The notes under the pieces were generated by a model. That model had not been told where the DNA came from and did no database searches. It was given only the letters and a program-made list of their open reading frames with translations. The position numbers and the translations under genes are program-made. Positions 8,347-16,124 of a stretch of 21,884 bases of DNA are shown one piece after another. Every line of letters begins with the position of its first letter. The stretch's first letter is position 1. Origin of the DNA: Candidatus Bipolaricaulia bacterium (GTDB taxonomy: Bacteria; Bipolaricaulota; Bipolaricaulia; RBG-16-55-9); NCBI GenBank assembly GCA_042219045.1, contig JBDGQO010000093.1:1-21884 (forward strand). Direction: 5' to 3'.

Positions 8347-8374
8347 CGAGGGGCGGCCGAGTAGCCGCCCCTCG
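8347..8374. terminator. hairpin between convergent genes, probable terminator
   Basis: CGAGGGGCGGC-CGAGTA-GCCGCCCCTCG, 11-bp perfect stem; no strong U-tract. Confidence 0.55.
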
Positions 8375-8446
8375 CTCATGATTCCCCTAGCTCTGCGTCG
8401 AATGCCGCCAAAGGGGTGGGTGGATCAGGATGCGGAAGCCGCCTGA

Positions 8447-9757
8447 CTACTGGATCAGCAATGAGGCGGCAATCCCGGCCAGTCCGGCCCCCAACGCCAC
8501 GATGGCGAGGGTTTGCGCCGAGTTGGCCTGATTCTGGGCCTGCTGGATCTGTTTCGCGGTGATCTCCTCAACCTGGAGTCGGATCTCTTCCGGTCCAGGC
8601 ACGTTCGGCGGCTCCGGAATCTGCGCCAAAGCCTCCTTGCGGATCTCAGCTTTGGCGTTCGCCAGCTTCTGGTTCAGTTGGTCGATCCGCTGGCGATTCT
8701 TTTGCGTCTCGACCAGGACGTTGGCGATCTTGTCGGAGAGTCGATTGACCTCTTTGGAAAGTCCAGCTTGCGGCTGGCTCCGCTCCTCCATCTTCGCTTC
8801 GATGGTGTCGAGACGGTCCATCGTCTTCTGGATGCGGTCCGCATTGGAGCCGGTCGTGGACTTGAGCTGATTGAACTGGTCGCGGAGCTGGCTCACTTGA
8901 TCGGCCAGCTGGGCCGTCTGAGCTGCTGTTTGCTGTTGTCGATCCGCCAAGTTGGCCGTCTGGTCCTGAAGTTTCTGGACCGTCTGCGCCAAGCTTTCCA
9001 CTTGGGTGACCTTCGCTTGCAGGTCGCTCACTTGTGTCTGCAGTTTGTCCAGACGGGCGAATTCGGCCCGGATGCTCTGAGCCTCTTCGCTGAGTGACGA
9101 CAGGTTCGAACGGACGGACTTGATGGCTTGCTCTGCCTTGGAGAGCCGGCTCTTGAGGCTATCGATCTGACCTTGGAACCCTTGAGTGTCGGATTCAAGC
9201 GTCTTGAGCCGAGCCGTGGTGTCCTCGATTTTGCTGTAGAGCTGACCGACGTTCTGCTTGAAGTTCTCGACGACGGTGATGTTCTCATCCACGGTCTTCT
9301 GGAGCTCGCTCAACGCGAGCTCGTTGGATCCAATGCGGTTGGAAAGCGAGTCGACGTCGCTTTGCAGTTGTTTGTTGAGGTCGGCGACCGTGCTCTGCAG
9401 GTGCTGGACACGATCGGGCAAGTGGCTCAACCCGTCCACGGTGTTCGACAGTTGGGAAACGGTCCCGTTGAGCTTCTTGATCTCGAAGGTGTTGTCCTTG
9501 GCCGATCGCTCAACCTCGTTCAGCTTCGGTCGGAAGCTCTCCAGATCTTGGATGACGCCATCGGAGACCTTGCTGACCTGAAGCGTGAGCGACTTGACGT
9601 GCGATTCGAGGTCATCGACGTGGGATTCCAATTGGGTGATCTTCTGCTTAAGGTCCTGGTACTCGTCCGCATGGGCAGAGCTTAGGGACGTTAGGCCGAC
9701 AAGCGCGACGATCGTCACGACGAGCGTGACCCGTCGCAGCCTGAGTGATTGACCCAT
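8447..9757 (-). CDS. secreted long coiled-coil protein with C-terminal membrane anchor
   Basis: SD AAAGGGGGG; Sec signal ending AHA; ~345 aa of heptad-like L/V/I periodicity; PEPPNVPGP hinge; terminal hydrophobic LAIVALGAGLAGIAASLLI. Confidence 0.85.
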   Translation of the reverse strand: MGQSLRLRRVTLVVTIVALVGLTSLSSAHADEYQDLKQKITQLESHVDDLESHVKSLTLQVSKVSDGVIQDLESFRPKLNEVERSAKDNTFEIKKLNGTVSQLSNTVDGLSHLPDRVQHLQSTVADLNKQLQSDVDSLSNRIGSNELALSELQKTVDENITVVENFKQNVGQLYSKIEDTTARLKTLESDTQGFQGQIDSLKSRLSKAEQAIKSVRSNLSSLSEEAQSIRAEFARLDKLQTQVSDLQAKVTQVESLAQTVQKLQDQTANLADRQQQTAAQTAQLADQVSQLRDQFNQLKSTTGSNADRIQKTMDRLDTIEAKMEERSQPQAGLSKEVNRLSDKIANVLVETQKNRQRIDQLNQKLANAKAEIRKEALAQIPEPPNVPGPEEIRLQVEEITAKQIQQAQNQANSAQTLAIVALGAGLAGIAASLLIQ

Positions 9758-9787
9758 GGTGTGTATCCCCCCTTTAGCGTTACCCCG

Positions 9788-9831
9788 ATTCTAAGGAGAT
9801 GCCGGTGATGACATCGGTAACCTTTGTCACA
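9788..9831 (-). promoter_or_regulatory. putative -10 (TAGAAT) with an upstream CRP-like box
   Basis: Minus strand TGTGA-CAAAGG-TTACC (9831-9816) centred near -42 relative to TAGAAT (9793-9788); no recognisable -35. Confidence 0.35.
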
Positions 9832-9886
9832 CTCCCCGGCGATGTCCGTTCCCATCCCTTGCGAATGTCCGGCGTTGATCAGACAC
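9827..9886 (-). CDS. putative 19-aa small peptide (MSDQRRTFARDGNGHRRGV)
   Basis: GTG at 9886 directly preceded by AGGAGGTGATCC; TGA at 9829-9827. Confidence 0.4.
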   Translation of the reverse strand: MSDQRRTFARDGNGHRRGV

Positions 9887-10309
9887 GGATCACCTCCTCA
9901 ATAGGGGCAGACTCGCGGAGCGCAACTCGGTCCCGGCTCTTCCATGGACATTGACCGCAACTGCCAATTGTGGGCGCCTCAGCACTGACCCGCTGATGAG
10001 CCATCTGTTGCGGCAGAGCGTCGCGAACTTGCTGACGCCAGGAGAGTGTCTGTTAATCATTCTTAACGGACTTGTTATCTCTCCTCGGCCCGAGGGACTC
10101 TGCGGGTCCCAACGCAGCTAGCGCGAAAGCCAATTCGATCGCGACGACAGTTCAGTTTTGGGCCCGACGGTTGTCATGCGCTCAAACGCAACAGCGAGCT
10201 GAAAACGCGAAGGCCGCGTCGGTGTTAGAGTGCACAGGCCGAGAGGGGTAGACGTGTCTTCGGCACAACACATGGGGATTCTGTGGGTCGGGATGGTGAC
10301 GCCGAGCAC

Positions 10310-10340
10310 TTGACACCCGAGCGACATGCGATGCTAAAAT
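10310..10340 (+). promoter_or_regulatory. sigma70-type promoter for the orphan-glk unit
   Basis: TTGACA-N19-TAAAAT with TGn extended -10; spacer is long. Confidence 0.55.
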
Positions 10341-10402
10341 CGCTTCATGAGGCGGGAATTCTGACGTTCCCAATTTCATTGCCAAAAATAAGGGAGGCCG
10401 GC

Positions 10403-10621
10403 ATGGATCTACAGGACGCGATTGACTTCTGGAGGCATTATGCATCCCAGGATCCTGATACTGACCCGCTCGCCCACATTGATACCGAATCCGTCCCCGG
10501 CTGGGTTGTGGCGCTCCGCTGCCCCCAAGGCCGCTCGCCATATGTCGAAATGTGGTGCGTCCGTGACTTCATTGCGGAGACCGAAGTCCATGCCCAGTCC
10601 GAGGTGAGGGAGTTCTCCTAA
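10403..10621 (+). CDS. 72-aa acidic hypothetical protein
   Basis: AGGGAGG SD 5 nt before the ATG at 10403; promoter upstream; no family recognised. Confidence 0.65.
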   Translation: MDLQDAIDFWRHYASQDPDTDPLAHIDTESVPGWVVALRCPQGRSPYVEMWCVRDFIAETEVHAQSEVREFS

Positions 10622-10678
10622 GGGAGCCAGCAGGGAGCGGGCCCAATCCTCGTCTCCCTGCCGGCTGCTCTCCGACAC

Positions 10679-11680
10679 ATGGTGGATGAGCTGATTTTGG
10701 CCGGCGACGTCGGCGGCACCAAGACAGTGCTGGCGACGTTTGCCGCACAAGAAGGGTCCCTTCAGCTGGTGCGGCGCCAGCGGTTCGACAACGACGCCTT
10801 CCCCCACTTCGACGCCGTGGTCCAGGCGTTTCTCGACAACGCGAGCGCGCCCGAAGCGATTGTCGGTGCGGGCTTGGGCGTGGCAGCCCCTATCACGGGC
10901 CGTCGCGTGCAGATGACCAACCTTGCCTGGGCCATCGATGCCGATCGACTGTCGGGATTGCTCCACGGGGTTGAGGTCATCTTGCTGAATGACTTGGAGG
11001 CGATGGCCTACGGCATCGGGACACTGGGCGACGAGGACGTCGTGACGCTGCAAGCGGGCGAGCCGCGCCCGGGCAATGCGGCGCTCATCGCCGCAGGCAC
11101 GGGGCTCGGCGAGGCACAGCTCCTCTGGGACGGCGCAGCTTACCATCCGTCGGCGTCCGAAGGCGGCCACGCCGACTTTGGGCCGCGCAATCCCCTCGAA
11201 GTGGAGCTTTTGGAGTATCTTTGGAACGAGTTCGACCGCGTCAGCTACGAGCGGGTCGTCTCCGGCTCGGGCCTGCCCCGAATCTATCGCTTCCTGCGCG
11301 ACACGAATCGGGGTGAGGAGCCCGACTGGCTTGCTGGAGCCATCGCGGATGCCGACGACCCGGCGGCCGTGATCTCGGAGGCCGCCCAAGACGGACGATC
11401 AGAGCTTTGCAAGCGGGCATTGGAAGTGTTCGTCGACGTCTACGGCGCGGAGGCCGGCAACCTCGCGCTCAAGACCATGTCGTTGGGCGGACTTTACGTG
11501 GGCGGCGGCATCGCGCCGAAGATCCTTGAGCAACTCCGAGACGGACGCTTCCTCGATGCATTCCGGGCCAAGGGCCGCTACCGTCAACTGATGACAGAGA
11601 TTCCCGTCAACGTGTTGCTGAACCCGCGGACGCCCTTGCGCGGCGCCGCGCGCTATGCGGCGGAACGCGCCGCCGATTAA
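10679..11680 (+). CDS. glk: glucokinase (Glk, non-ROK)
   Basis: LAGDVGGTK, MTNL.W, LLNDLEA, AAGTGLG, SEGGHADF, VSYERVVSGSG, GGGIAPKI. Confidence 0.93.
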   Translation: MVDELILAGDVGGTKTVLATFAAQEGSLQLVRRQRFDNDAFPHFDAVVQAFLDNASAPEAIVGAGLGVAAPITGRRVQMTNLAWAIDADRLSGLLHGVEVILLNDLEAMAYGIGTLGDEDVVTLQAGEPRPGNAALIAAGTGLGEAQLLWDGAAYHPSASEGGHADFGPRNPLEVELLEYLWNEFDRVSYERVVSGSGLPRIYRFLRDTNRGEEPDWLAGAIADADDPAAVISEAAQDGRSELCKRALEVFVDVYGAEAGNLALKTMSLGGLYVGGGIAPKILEQLRDGRFLDAFRAKGRYRQLMTEIPVNVLLNPRTPLRGAARYAAERAAD

Positions 11681-11709
11681 TTGTTCCCTTTGCGGCGATC
11701 CCTTAGACT
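11681..11709 (+). promoter_or_regulatory. possible internal promoter for aldolase-rpe
   Basis: TTGTTC-N17-TAGACT; GAGGAGG SD before the ATG at 11744. Confidence 0.45.
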
Positions 11710-11743
11710 TGCGGTCGTAGCCACACGATCCGAGGAGGCATCG

Positions 11744-12643
11744 ATGGCCGACCGCGTCCACCTGGATGACTTGGCCTTGGCGCCGGGCAAGGAAGCCCGA
11801 CTCGCTCGCATGCTCTACACCTATGGGCCCGGCAACGGGACGCTGTTCGTGCTGCCCTACGATCACGGCATGGAGCATGGGCCCATCGACTTCATGCGCA
11901 ACCCGGAGAGCGCGGATCCGGCCCATCTGTTCGAGCTCGCGATCGACGGGGACTTCTCGGCGATCGCCACCCATTACGGCGTCGCCGCTCGGTATTTCCC
12001 CGATTACGCGGGCGAGATCCCCTTGGTCGTCAAAGTGAGCGGCAAGACGAACATACCGCCCGACGACGAGGCGCTGTCCGCGCTGGACGCGAGCGTCGAG
12101 GACGCGGTGCGGATCGGCGCAGATGGGATCGGCTACACGCTCTACGTCGGTTCGCCCAGCCAGGATCGCGACTTTCCGCAACTCGGCCGCGTCCGCCAGG
12201 CCTGCGATCGGTTCGGCATGCCGCTGATCGTCTGGGCCTACCCGCGAGGCCGGGATGTGGAAGCCAAAGGGGGACGTGACTCGCTCTACATGGTCGAATA
12301 CGCGGCCCGACTGGCCATGGAGATGGGCGCTGACGTCGTCAAGATCAACGTCCCCAAGCCGCGCAGGCCCGACACCGACTATCCCGACGCCTACGAGGAG
12401 CTGGAGAGCTTGGACGAGCCGGGCAAGCTCGAGCGCGTCGTCCGCGCAGCCCGACGGACGCTCGTGATCTTCTCCGGCGGCAGCTACAGGACGGACGACG
12501 AATTCCTGGCCAACGTCCAGATGGGCATGGAAGCTGGTGCAAGTGGTCTCATTGCGGGCCGCAACGTCTGGCAACGCCCGCGAGGCGAAGCCCTGGCCAT
12601 GACCGAAGGCATCCACGACGTCTTGGAGTCCCATGGCGAATGA
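11744..12643 (+). CDS. fbaB: class I fructose-bisphosphate aldolase (DhnA/FbaB type)
   Basis: LPYDHGMEHGP, GYTLYVGS, IVWAYPRG, YAARLA.EMGADVVK (Schiff-base Lys), SGG, GRNVWQR. Confidence 0.88.
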   Translation: MADRVHLDDLALAPGKEARLARMLYTYGPGNGTLFVLPYDHGMEHGPIDFMRNPESADPAHLFELAIDGDFSAIATHYGVAARYFPDYAGEIPLVVKVSGKTNIPPDDEALSALDASVEDAVRIGADGIGYTLYVGSPSQDRDFPQLGRVRQACDRFGMPLIVWAYPRGRDVEAKGGRDSLYMVEYAARLAMEMGADVVKINVPKPRRPDTDYPDAYEELESLDEPGKLERVVRAARRTLVIFSGGSYRTDDEFLANVQMGMEAGASGLIAGRNVWQRPRGEALAMTEGIHDVLESHGE

Positions 12644-13301
12644 CGAGATCCGCATCGCGCCGTCGATCCTGTCGGCGGACTTTGCGCACCTCGACGACGA
12701 GTTGCAGGCGTTGGAGGGGGCTGGTATCGATCGCGTCCACGTCGACGTCATGGACGGGCACTTTGTGCCACCGATCACGATGGGCCCGGTGATCGTCGAC
12801 GCGGTCCGCTCGGCCTGCGAACTGCCAATCGAGGTCCACCTCATGGTCGACCGGCCCGGCGACCACGTCGAACCGTTCATCGATGCGGGGGCCGAGCGCC
12901 TCATCGTCCACCGGGAGGTCGCGCCCCATCTGCATCGGCTCGTGGAGACGATCCACGCCCAGGGGGCCGAAGCCGGCGTGGCGATCAACCCGGCAACGCC
13001 CGTCCACACGCTGGACGCGATCCTCGACGACATCGACTTGGCGCTCGCGATGACGGTCAATCCCGGCTACGCGGGGCAGGCGTTCCTTCCGAGCGTCGTG
13101 CCCAAGCTCGAGCAGCTGGCGCAACGCACCGCCCACCGCAACCCGGCCTGCGAGATCGAGGTGGACGGCGGCGTCAGCGCGGACACCGCCCCGCAAGCCG
13201 TGGACGCGGGCGCGACCGTCTTGGTGGCGGCGTCGGCGATCTTCAAGCATCCTGAGGGCATCCGCGGTGGCGTGGACGCGGTGCGCGCTGCGGTACGTTG
13301 A
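12633..13301 (+). CDS. rpe: ribulose-phosphate 3-epimerase
   Basis: IAPSILSADF, HVDVMDGHFVP, VHLMV, MTVNPG..GQ, EVDGG. Confidence 0.95.
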   Translation: MANDEIRIAPSILSADFAHLDDELQALEGAGIDRVHVDVMDGHFVPPITMGPVIVDAVRSACELPIEVHLMVDRPGDHVEPFIDAGAERLIVHREVAPHLHRLVETIHAQGAEAGVAINPATPVHTLDAILDDIDLALAMTVNPGYAGQAFLPSVVPKLEQLAQRTAHRNPACEIEVDGGVSADTAPQAVDAGATVLVAASAIFKHPEGIRGGVDAVRAAVR

Positions 13302-13338
13302 CGATCCTGACCCGTACGAACGGAGAGGTTTTCCAAGG

Positions 13339-14238
13339 ATGAACGTGCACGACATTACCGAACCTGAGGCCAACGAGACGGTGCAAGCGATTTACGAGGA
13401 GATCAAGACGACGCTTTGCGTCACGTACGTGCCGTCGTTCTTTCGCGTGCTGGCGTCGCATGAGGCGTTTTTCCGGCAGATGTGGACGTCGCTGGAGCCG
13501 ACGCTCACGATCTACTTCGTGCGGGCCGCCGACGCGCTGCGAGCTTCGGCCGTTGAGCGGGGCCACCCGCTTAGCGAGGAGTTGACGCTCCCCGATGAGG
13601 AGCACGATCAACTGACGAACGCCCTCTGGGTGATCCACTTCGTCGCGCCCAAAACGCTGCTGGCCGCAGCGTCCCTGGAGGAAGCGCTGACCAGCGGAGC
13701 CACGGGCGCATCCAGTCGAGTCGTCTGGCCCCAGAACACGGGCGTCCCGCGCGGCATGCCCACGCCCGACTTCCTCCATCCCGGTGATGCGGACGCGTCC
13801 GTCGGCCAGACGTACGAAGACATCCAAGAGCATCTCCAATTGCCGACGCTGACGGACGAATGGCGTGCATTGGGCACCTCGTCCGAGGCCCTCGCGAGCG
13901 CCTGGACCCAAGTTCGCGGGCTCACCCAGGGCGAGGGCTACGCCGAGGCCGTGGAGGAACTGACGAGCGCAGCCCGCGAGCACGGACAGAAGCTGCCACG
14001 GCGCCTGCTCGATCTGGATGCGGAAACGCTTCGGGCCCAAGGCGTCGACGATGAGGCACAGCGCACGATCCGCGAGACCGTCACGGCATTCATGCCCGCC
14101 CTGGCGCGCGAGACGCTGCACACATCGCTTTGGCTGAGCCGGTTGTCGTCTCCCGACGAGGCGAAATTGAGCGGCGTGGCGTTGCTACGAGGATGGACCG
14201 TTCCGCATGGCTACCGGACGGACACGGTGATCGCCTAG
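13339..14238 (+). CDS. DehI-like (group I haloacid dehalogenase fold) two-repeat protein
   Basis: Internal duplication: EANETVQAIYEEIKTTL..VPSFFRVLA..FFRQMW versus DADASVGQTYEDIQEHL..LTDEWRALG..LASAW. Confidence 0.6.
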   Translation: MNVHDITEPEANETVQAIYEEIKTTLCVTYVPSFFRVLASHEAFFRQMWTSLEPTLTIYFVRAADALRASAVERGHPLSEELTLPDEEHDQLTNALWVIHFVAPKTLLAAASLEEALTSGATGASSRVVWPQNTGVPRGMPTPDFLHPGDADASVGQTYEDIQEHLQLPTLTDEWRALGTSSEALASAWTQVRGLTQGEGYAEAVEELTSAAREHGQKLPRRLLDLDAETLRAQGVDDEAQRTIRETVTAFMPALARETLHTSLWLSRLSSPDEAKLSGVALLRGWTVPHGYRTDTVIA

Positions 14239-15158
14239 CCGACGGTCGAGCTCGGCTCGCGAACGTCGACGGTGGGGGCCGTCCGACGATGAATGAGCCT
14301 AAGCCCCAAGACGACGATCAAGATCGCTCCCACGATCATCGTCGGCGGATACGTCGCGCCCGTAATGATCTCGTCGGCGGAGACGTCGGGCCGAGCGGAC
14401 TGCCACATCGCCGCCTCCACGGTCGCCCAGAGGTTGTTGGCCGCGTGGGCCACGATGGCCGGATAGAGGCTCTCCGTCCGCACGACCAGATAGCCGAGAA
14501 ACAGCCCGGCCGGCAGCACCAGCAGCATGTGGATCGGCTCGAGGTGCACCACGGCGAACAGCACAGCCGTGGCCCCTATCGCCGTTGTGGGGCCCAGCTT
14601 GGCGCGCAGGCCGGTCAAGATGTAGCCGCGCAGCAGCAGTTCTTCCGTGATGCCGGGGATCAGGCTGATCGCCGCGCCGAAGATCGCGAACGATCCGGGA
14701 TCGCCGAATCGGGATCGCCGAACGAGCTCCGCCAAGGCGTTCGGCTCCAATCCGGGGAGCCAGCGCGCCAGTTGCGCGACCGCCAGCGAGGTCAGCACCC
14801 CAATGGCCAAGAGCGTGGGAATCGCGACCAAATAGACCAGCCATTGGCGATACGGGCGAAGCCGCAAGGTCGCGGCCGCATCCAGGCCTCCACGCCGCAG
14901 GCCCCAAGCGATGACCGCAACTGTGATCCCGCCCTGCAGCGCCACAACGACGGCGAATCCCCGTTGCGTCTCCGGCCGAAAGTCGACGCCGGCCAACGAC
15001 ACCAACGACGCCAATAGGGGGCCGACCAGCACGAGCACGATCAGCCAGAGGAGAAACAGCCCGAGCGCGTTCCGCAGGCTCGGAGTGCGCACACTCGGCT
15101 CTTCGCCCGTCGGATCGGGGCGTGTCGGTTGCGCGTTGGGATCGGGATCTGCGGTCAT
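14235..15158 (-). CDS. CPBP (CAAX protease/Abi) family intramembrane glutamic protease
   Basis: EELLLRG, LFAVVH and AIVAHAANN motifs; multiple TM helices; start placed at MTADPD (15158). Confidence 0.88.
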   Translation of the reverse strand: MTADPDPNAQPTRPDPTGEEPSVRTPSLRNALGLFLLWLIVLVLVGPLLASLVSLAGVDFRPETQRGFAVVVALQGGITVAVIAWGLRRGGLDAAATLRLRPYRQWLVYLVAIPTLLAIGVLTSLAVAQLARWLPGLEPNALAELVRRSRFGDPGSFAIFGAAISLIPGITEELLLRGYILTGLRAKLGPTTAIGATAVLFAVVHLEPIHMLLVLPAGLFLGYLVVRTESLYPAIVAHAANNLWATVEAAMWQSARPDVSADEIITGATYPPTMIVGAILIVVLGLRLIHRRTAPTVDVREPSSTVG

Positions 15159-15236
15159 GCTACGCTGTCCATTCCGACGCCGTTCGCATCGCGGCACCGG
15201 CCTTCTATGGTAGGGTCGCGGGCAAGGAGGCGCCAC

Positions 15237-16124
15237 ATGGATCGACGACGGTGGACGATCGGCGGGGCGATCGCGTTGACCGTACTGGCCTTGGCCGCGC
15301 TGGCCTCTGGCTTGTCGAGTGTCGACTTGGGCAGCGGGACTCCCCTACCCAGCGTGGAGGCGTTCGAGTTCGATAGCTCGCCGGGGGCTCCGGCGCAGGG
15401 CGGCACGCTCCCCGAACTCGTCATTCGGATCGTGTTCGCCATCGTCTTCTGGGTCCTGTTGCCGATATCGCTGCTCTATCTCCTCGTGTCGGCGAAGGCT
15501 CGGCGGATCCTTCTGCGCAATCTGGCCGTCTTTGCGATGCTTTTGCTCATGTTCTATCTGATCGTCCAGCTCGCGGACAACCGGGCCATGAACGAGGCCC
15601 GCGAGCCGGCGGCGCCGCGAGCGGGCGAGAACCCCGGGGCAGCCACGCGCCCGGTGGATCCGCCGGATTACGTGAGCCAACCGCCGGACTGGATCATTCT
15701 CGCTGTCAGCGGCGTTATCTTTGCCGTCATCGGCTTGGTCGCCTGGCGCCTCTGGACACAACGGACTGACCCTCAAGCCGAGGAGACGGAACTGGAGGAC
15801 GAGCTCGCCCAACGGGCCGGGGCCGCGCTCGACGACATTCGGTCCGGGCAGGCGTTCTCCAACGTCGTGATCCGCTGCTATTGGGACATGGAACGCTCAG
15901 TTCGGCGCGCCCAAGGCCTCAGTCGACGGGCGTCGATGACGCCGCGGGAGTTCGAGCGCCGATTGGTCCAAGCGGGCCTAGACGCCGAAGCCGTCCGCGG
16001 CCTCACGCGGCTTTTCGAGCGGGTGCGCTACGGCAACGAAGCCGTTGACCCGAACGACGAAGCCGAGGCCGAGGCCTGTCTGGCCGCGATTGCCGGTCGG
16101 GTGGGAAGCGAGGAGCCGGCATGA
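15237..16124 (+). CDS. DUF4129 domain membrane protein
   Basis: AAGGAGG SD; several TM helices; C-terminal VIRCY..ME..R..SMTPREF..LTRLFERVRYG. Confidence 0.82.
   Translation: MDRRRWTIGGAIALTVLALAALASGLSSVDLGSGTPLPSVEAFEFDSSPGAPAQGGTLPELVIRIVFAIVFWVLLPISLLYLLVSAKARRILLRNLAVFAMLLLMFYLIVQLADNRAMNEAREPAAPRAGENPGAATRPVDPPDYVSQPPDWIILAVSGVIFAVIGLVAWRLWTQRTDPQAEETELEDELAQRAGAALDDIRSGQAFSNVVIRCYWDMERSVRRAQGLSRRASMTPREFERRLVQAGLDAEAVRGLTRLFERVRYGNEAVDPNDEAEAEACLAAIAGRVGSEEPA

Noticed and set aside
8257..8379. 40-codon minus-strand ORF (MSEGRLLGRP...) after AGGGGA
   Set aside because: Runs through the inter-convergent hairpin, has non-protein-like composition and no other support
8447..9757. SMC, chemoreceptor or phage tape-measure assignment for the coiled-coil protein
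   Set aside because: No Walker motifs, no MCP signalling hairpin motif and no phage genes; it has a signal peptide and a C-terminal anchor
9887..9898. GGATCACCTCCT as a 16S rRNA 3' end
   Set aside because: Flanking sequence has no rRNA similarity; better read as an SD on the minus strand
9993..10030. CTGATGAG as a hammerhead ribozyme core
   Set aside because: No GAAA after a closing stem II (GCGAAC instead) and no convincing stems I and III
10118..10541. minus-strand ORFs 10118-10327 and 10182-10541
   Set aside because: No SD, atypical composition, and they overlap the plus-strand promoter and the 72-aa gene
11399..13060. 553-aa minus-strand ORF (likewise 18791-20221, 16578-17696, 20419-21456 and 4855-5796)
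   Set aside because: All lie opposite well-supported genes and have no recognisable protein features
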